DNA of 64,000 nucleotides from Magnetococcales bacterium. GTDB lineage: Bacteria; Pseudomonadota; Magnetococcia; Magnetococcales; JADFYX01. Of the stretch, positions 60,022 through 64,000 are shown piece by piece; the first letter of the stretch is position 1, and the number at the start of each line of letters is the position of its first letter. The position numbers and the translations under genes are program-made. The stretch covers positions 5,371 through 69,370 of the forward strand of contig JADFZU010000004.1 in the NCBI GenBank assembly GCA_015232365.1, read 5' to 3'. The notes under the pieces were generated by a model. The model had not been told where the DNA came from. It did no database searches and saw only the letters and a list, made by a program, of their open reading frames with translations.

Positions 60022-61236
60022 ATGAATTTTATAAAATGGCAGCAAAAGAGTCTGTTTGTGTTGATTTTTCTAACTGGTTCCTGGTTGTCTGGCTGTGCTA
60101 GCGATTCCAATATTGGGGTTGGTGTTATGGATAACGCAGTGCAGCAGTATGCCCAGGGAATGATGGCCATTGAAGATGGTAAGCTTGATCAAGCAGGAAA
60201 AAAGTTTGACCGGGCTTTAGCTCTGGTAAAAAAGTTCTCTCCGGCACTAGCAGGAAAAAGTTTGCTTGTTGCCCATGAGGCAGACAGACAGGAACAGGCC
60301 GACCATCGAGCTGTTGATGTTGCAAGGGCGATTGAGCTGTTAGACGCTGCCGAAGATAGTGCTGATGCTCCTCATGAACTTTTTATCTATCATGTTACGG
60401 CAATCAGGGTTCTCACCATTTTAAAGACCAAAAAATGGCTGCAAATGTCCACTGCCCATCATAAATTTGCTCTAGATATTGATGATCTTGATAGTGCAAA
60501 ACTGCCGTACTATAAAAACCAGGTTGCTGCAGATTATTTTATGGCTGTAGCTAAATATAATAGCGATTTTAGAAAAGCAGAACCACTTCTGCAAAGTGTT
60601 GTCGGTAGTGTAAATGGCGGCAAGTGGATTAAAAAAGCCAATAAACTCTATGAAAAAATACATAAAATAGCTCGTGCTTCTTCATATCACACCATGAGTG
60701 GAGTTGCTCTTAAAATTGCAGTTCTTGATGAAGTATCCCGTGGAGACGTTGCCGCTTTGATGGTTAGCGAGCTCAAGTTGGATGCTCTTTTTGCTGGTCG
60801 TATCCGCAAGCGTTCCCAAGAAAAAGAGGCACAATTTACTCCTGCGGATGTTCTTGACCACCCTTTCCGTGAAGAGATTGCTACGGTTATGAAATGGAAT
60901 ATCCGTGGCCTTGCCCCAATATATGACAGTCAAACTCGTGCTGAGCTATTCAAGCCAAATGAAATTGTCAGTAGGAGAGATCTGGCTTTAATGTTAGAGG
61001 ATGTGTTGGTACAGGTTACTGGTCAAGCAGATCTTGCTTCACAGTTTATAGGTCAGAAGTCACCTATTCCTGATGTTGCAGCAACTGTTGGCTGGTTTAA
61101 TGCTGTGATGACAGTTACAACTCGTGGGTTGATGAAGTCTGAAGTTTCTGGCGAGTTCCGGCCTTCTGACCCGGTATCTGGGGCCGACCTGTTGTTGGCT
61201 ATTATGACCCTCAGAACTGCTGTCAATGGAAACTAA
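60022..61236 (+). CDS. Lipoprotein with TPR-like N-terminus and SLH-like repeats
   Basis: LSGC lipobox; DVLDHPF..FKPNEIVSRRD and DVAATVGWF..RGLM..FRPSDPVS SLH-like motifs. Confidence 0.75.
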   Translation: MNFIKWQQKSLFVLIFLTGSWLSGCASDSNIGVGVMDNAVQQYAQGMMAIEDGKLDQAGKKFDRALALVKKFSPALAGKSLLVAHEADRQEQADHRAVDVARAIELLDAAEDSADAPHELFIYHVTAIRVLTILKTKKWLQMSTAHHKFALDIDDLDSAKLPYYKNQVAADYFMAVAKYNSDFRKAEPLLQSVVGSVNGGKWIKKANKLYEKIHKIARASSYHTMSGVALKIAVLDEVSRGDVAALMVSELKLDALFAGRIRKRSQEKEAQFTPADVLDHPFREEIATVMKWNIRGLAPIYDSQTRAELFKPNEIVSRRDLALMLEDVLVQVTGQADLASQFIGQKSPIPDVAATVGWFNAVMTVTTRGLMKSEVSGEFRPSDPVSGADLLLAIMTLRTAVNGN

Positions 61237-62120
61237 TGAACCGTTTTATATCAAAAAAGGATTGCATAATGGATAAAGTTAAACAAACTCCTCTAATATT
61301 TTTACTCTATATTTTAAGCATAAGCTTGGTTTTCGGCTCTGGATCTGCTTTGGCTTTTGATGGTTCTGTAACTGAAGAACAAGATATTTTCAAGTCTGGA
61401 TATATTGAAGCTATAGGTGAATCTGAAGCTGGGCAGAGCCGTTATGCTGCTATTCGTGCAGCAACGGTTGTGGCACAGAGAAACTTGTTGGAAGAGATGA
61501 AAGGGGTTCGTGTTCAAGGTGAGACCACCATTGCTGACGGTATGTTGCAAAGTGATATAGTTAAAAACCAGGTTACTGGTTTTTTAAGGGGGGCAAGGCT
61601 TTGTGGTCGGACCTATCACCCCCAAGAGAGATATGGAGAGGTCTGTTTAAGGATCTATTTGAAAGGTCATGGTGGAATGTACTCCTCTCTATATAAGACT
61701 TTAAAAGATCAAAAAATAGTTACTACGGATGAAGAGGCACCAATTCCGGTAAAAGATGCTCATAATGTTATGGTAGATAGCGATTTTGATGGTGTTATAA
61801 TCATGATGTCTGGGCTCTCATTCAAACCGGCTATTGTAAACCGTATTTTAAATAATAAAGGTGAGGTTATTTTTGATCCATCACGGGTTGTAAATGCTAT
61901 TTTGATTGAGCGGGGAACCGGTGGTTTTACCAACCAGGAGGGCAAAGCCAAAGGGCTTCTGGCATCATGGAATGGATTGAGGCCATTGGTGATTAATGCT
62001 GTTGATACCAAGCAAGGCACCGATGCTGTTATTAGTGACTCTGATGCGGCAACCATGCTTTCTGCTGACCAGAAGAATAGTTTCTTGTCACAAGCAAAAG
62101 TAGTTTTTGTAATTAACTGA
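61236..62120 (+). CDS. Secreted LPP20-like protein
   Basis: IEAIGE..AIRAATVVAQRNLLEEMKGVRVQGETT; DGVII..FKPAIVNRI. Start overlaps the previous stop. Confidence 0.65.
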   Translation: MNRFISKKDCIMDKVKQTPLIFLLYILSISLVFGSGSALAFDGSVTEEQDIFKSGYIEAIGESEAGQSRYAAIRAATVVAQRNLLEEMKGVRVQGETTIADGMLQSDIVKNQVTGFLRGARLCGRTYHPQERYGEVCLRIYLKGHGGMYSSLYKTLKDQKIVTTDEEAPIPVKDAHNVMVDSDFDGVIIMMSGLSFKPAIVNRILNNKGEVIFDPSRVVNAILIERGTGGFTNQEGKAKGLLASWNGLRPLVINAVDTKQGTDAVISDSDAATMLSADQKNSFLSQAKVVFVIN

Positions 62121-62191
62121 TTTTAGGCAAAGATTCTGTATCATCAGCTTTTTTACCTGCTTATAAAAGTGTTGTATATAATGGAGAGGTC

Positions 62192-64000
62192 ATGATCAGG
62201 CGGCTATTAAACATTTGGAGGGTCTCTAAAGTTTTAACGGTTTTTCTCTGCTCGTTAATAATTTTGGCAGGCTGTGTATCGGCATCCAAAAAAGGGGTGG
62301 TATCTTCCCAGCCGCTGACGACATCAGAAGAGAGTGCAAAAGAGTATGAAGAAAAATCTTCCTTTCCAAAAAATGTTGCCGTGTTGCCCTTTGCTAACCT
62401 GACCAAAAACTCAGAGGCCGGGCGGGCAGTCCGGCAGACTCTGTTCAACCATTTTGCTTCTAAAAATTATCTGTCCCTGCACACGCAAGAGGTGGATAGA
62501 CGAATGGGGCTGGCAAACCTTGAAGCAACACAAAACATGGACCAGGACAAGATTAAACAGATAGCAGATGCCTTGAAGGTAGACGGGCTGATATTAGGCG
62601 AAGTTACCCATTATGATAAAGTTTTTGTAGGTGTTTATGCCCAGGTTGCTGTCGGTGTCAAGCTGCGCTTTGTCTCCAGGGACGGCATGCTGATCTGGGA
62701 AGGTGAGCAGGTGATGCGGAAGCATGAGGGGGGAATCTCCCTCAGTCCCATAGGTATTATTCTACAGGTGGTTGCTTCGGCTATGCATATCCAGGATATA
62801 AACCTTTTTCGTGCCTCTGATGAGCTTGGCCGGCAGATTGTTGCTAAAATTCCTGAACCAACAAGATTGGCAACTGGTTTGATGCAGAATATCAAACGGG
62901 TTGTCCACGACGGATTTGGCCGCCATCTCCGCTTTGGTGATGTACTGAATATCGCTATTGAAGGTACGCCAGGACAAAAGGGTTTTGCCAGGATTCAAGG
63001 CTTGCCTGTTGTTCCTCTAATTGAAGGTGAATCTGGTTTTTATAGCGGTGAGATGGTTGTCCCTGATGATGTGGATCTGGAGGCTGTTGTTGTTACCGGA
63101 ATTCTAGAAGATGATCATGGTCAACGTGGAGAAAAAATAGCTACAACAGGTTATGTTTTTATCGATAATACACCTCCAAACCCAATAAAAGCCCTACAGA
63201 TTGAGAGCCGTGATCAAAAGATAAACCTCTCTTGGCAGAGTCCCGGCGACAGGGATGTGGAAGGCTTTGAAGTTATGAGTGCAAGCACTGCACAAGGGCC
63301 GTTTGAAACTCTGCTAACTACTCGCGACAACCATTATGAGCAGAGTGGCTTGGAAAACTTTGTCTCTGTCTATTACAAGATATTTGCTGTTGATAAAGCA
63401 GGCAACAGAAGCCAGCCAGTTTTAGGTGAAGGACGGCCCCTACCTGATCCAAGGTTTTTATCTGCCGAACCACTACCGCAATTTATCCCGGATATTTTAA
63501 ATGGTACTCATCTGTTAACCGCTGCTGGTGGACCATATCTGCTTCAGGGAAGGGTTGATATAACTCCATCTGCTGTGCTGTTGGTTGAGCCAGGCAGTGA
63601 GATTAAGTTAGCCGCATCCGGTTATTTCATGGTTCAAGGTGAATTGAAGATTTTTGGCTCTGCTGCAAAGCCGGTCAAGGTTGGAGGCCGGGATGGTATG
63701 GCCTTTGGTACATTTGTTAAGCTTGATGGAGAGAAGCCGGTTCTCATCCGTGGTCTGGAGTTGAATCAGGGGGGTATCCCCTTTGTTATCAGCCGTGGCA
63801 AACCATACATAGAGCAGGTGAAGGTTCTGCAAAGCAGTTATCACGCCTTTGAAATAAAGGGTAGTAGTCAGCCGGTCATTCGAGCATCGACTGTTAGCGG
63901 TGGTTTTGGCGGAGTGGCTATTATAACTGAACAGGCCCGTCCACAATTTGAGAAAAATATATTTAGCAATAATGGCCCGGTACATATCCAGTGTAACGCC
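62192..64000 (+). CDS. Lipoprotein (DUF799/GNA1162-like N-terminus, FN3-like and probable beta-helix domains), 3'-truncated; absent from the ORF track
   Basis: ATG after GGAGAGG; LAGC lipobox; NVAVLPFANLT; DNTPP..LSWQSP..YYKIFAVDKAGNRS; the frame reads open to the window end. Confidence 0.8.
   Translation, partial: MIRRLLNIWRVSKVLTVFLCSLIILAGCVSASKKGVVSSQPLTTSEESAKEYEEKSSFPKNVAVLPFANLTKNSEAGRAVRQTLFNHFASKNYLSLHTQEVDRRMGLANLEATQNMDQDKIKQIADALKVDGLILGEVTHYDKVFVGVYAQVAVGVKLRFVSRDGMLIWEGEQVMRKHEGGISLSPIGIILQVVASAMHIQDINLFRASDELGRQIVAKIPEPTRLATGLMQNIKRVVHDGFGRHLRFGDVLNIAIEGTPGQKGFARIQGLPVVPLIEGESGFYSGEMVVPDDVDLEAVVVTGILEDDHGQRGEKIATTGYVFIDNTPPNPIKALQIESRDQKINLSWQSPGDRDVEGFEVMSASTAQGPFETLLTTRDNHYEQSGLENFVSVYYKIFAVDKAGNRSQPVLGEGRPLPDPRFLSAEPLPQFIPDILNGTHLLTAAGGPYLLQGRVDITPSAVLLVEPGSEIKLAASGYFMVQGELKIFGSAAKPVKVGGRDGMAFGTFVKLDGEKPVLIRGLELNQGGIPFVISRGKPYIEQVKVLQSSYHAFEIKGSSQPVIRASTVSGGFGGVAIITEQARPQFEKNIFSNNGPVHIQCNA

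Noticed and set aside
62161-63985. Minus-strand ORFs listed in the track
   Set aside because: Shadows of the plus-strand lipoprotein gene from 62192 that runs off the window.

Overview
Window from a magnetotactic bacterium, most likely a magnetotactic coccus (Magnetococcales-type gene set; inferred from gene content and order). About 3.0-29.4 kb is a magnetite magnetosome gene cluster: mamX-mamZ-(cNMP-binding gene), mmsF and mms6-like on the minus strand; mamH-I-E-(Lys/Ala-rich gene)-K-F-L-M-N-O-P-A-(giant MamA paralogue)-Q-B-(small LG-repeat gene)-S-T on the plus strand; then convergent mamD. I did not recognise mamJ, mamY, mamR or mamC. The 29.8-41.0 kb block encodes PEGA/FGE-sulfatase, a 1.3k-aa 4-TM protein with a PilZ-like tail, a MotB/ZorB-like protein, a TPR-SPOR protein, and two proteins that are paralogues of the gene between mamE and mamK. 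This block is my best candidate for an undescribed system: an envelope-anchored magnetosome chain tether in a lineage without MamJ/MamY (hypothesis). The rest holds a DedA-flavoprotein/DUF547/ArsS group, an ABC-2 exporter with a degenerate heme-copper-oxidase subunit I homologue, an A2-type cytochrome c oxidase operon with two SCO genes and ctaB, and a CHASE2 cyclase followed by a lipoprotein/SLH cluster. A roughly 168-bp palindromic MITE-like repeat occurs as four full-length and two truncated copies. All calls come from motif recognition by eye; no database searches were run.
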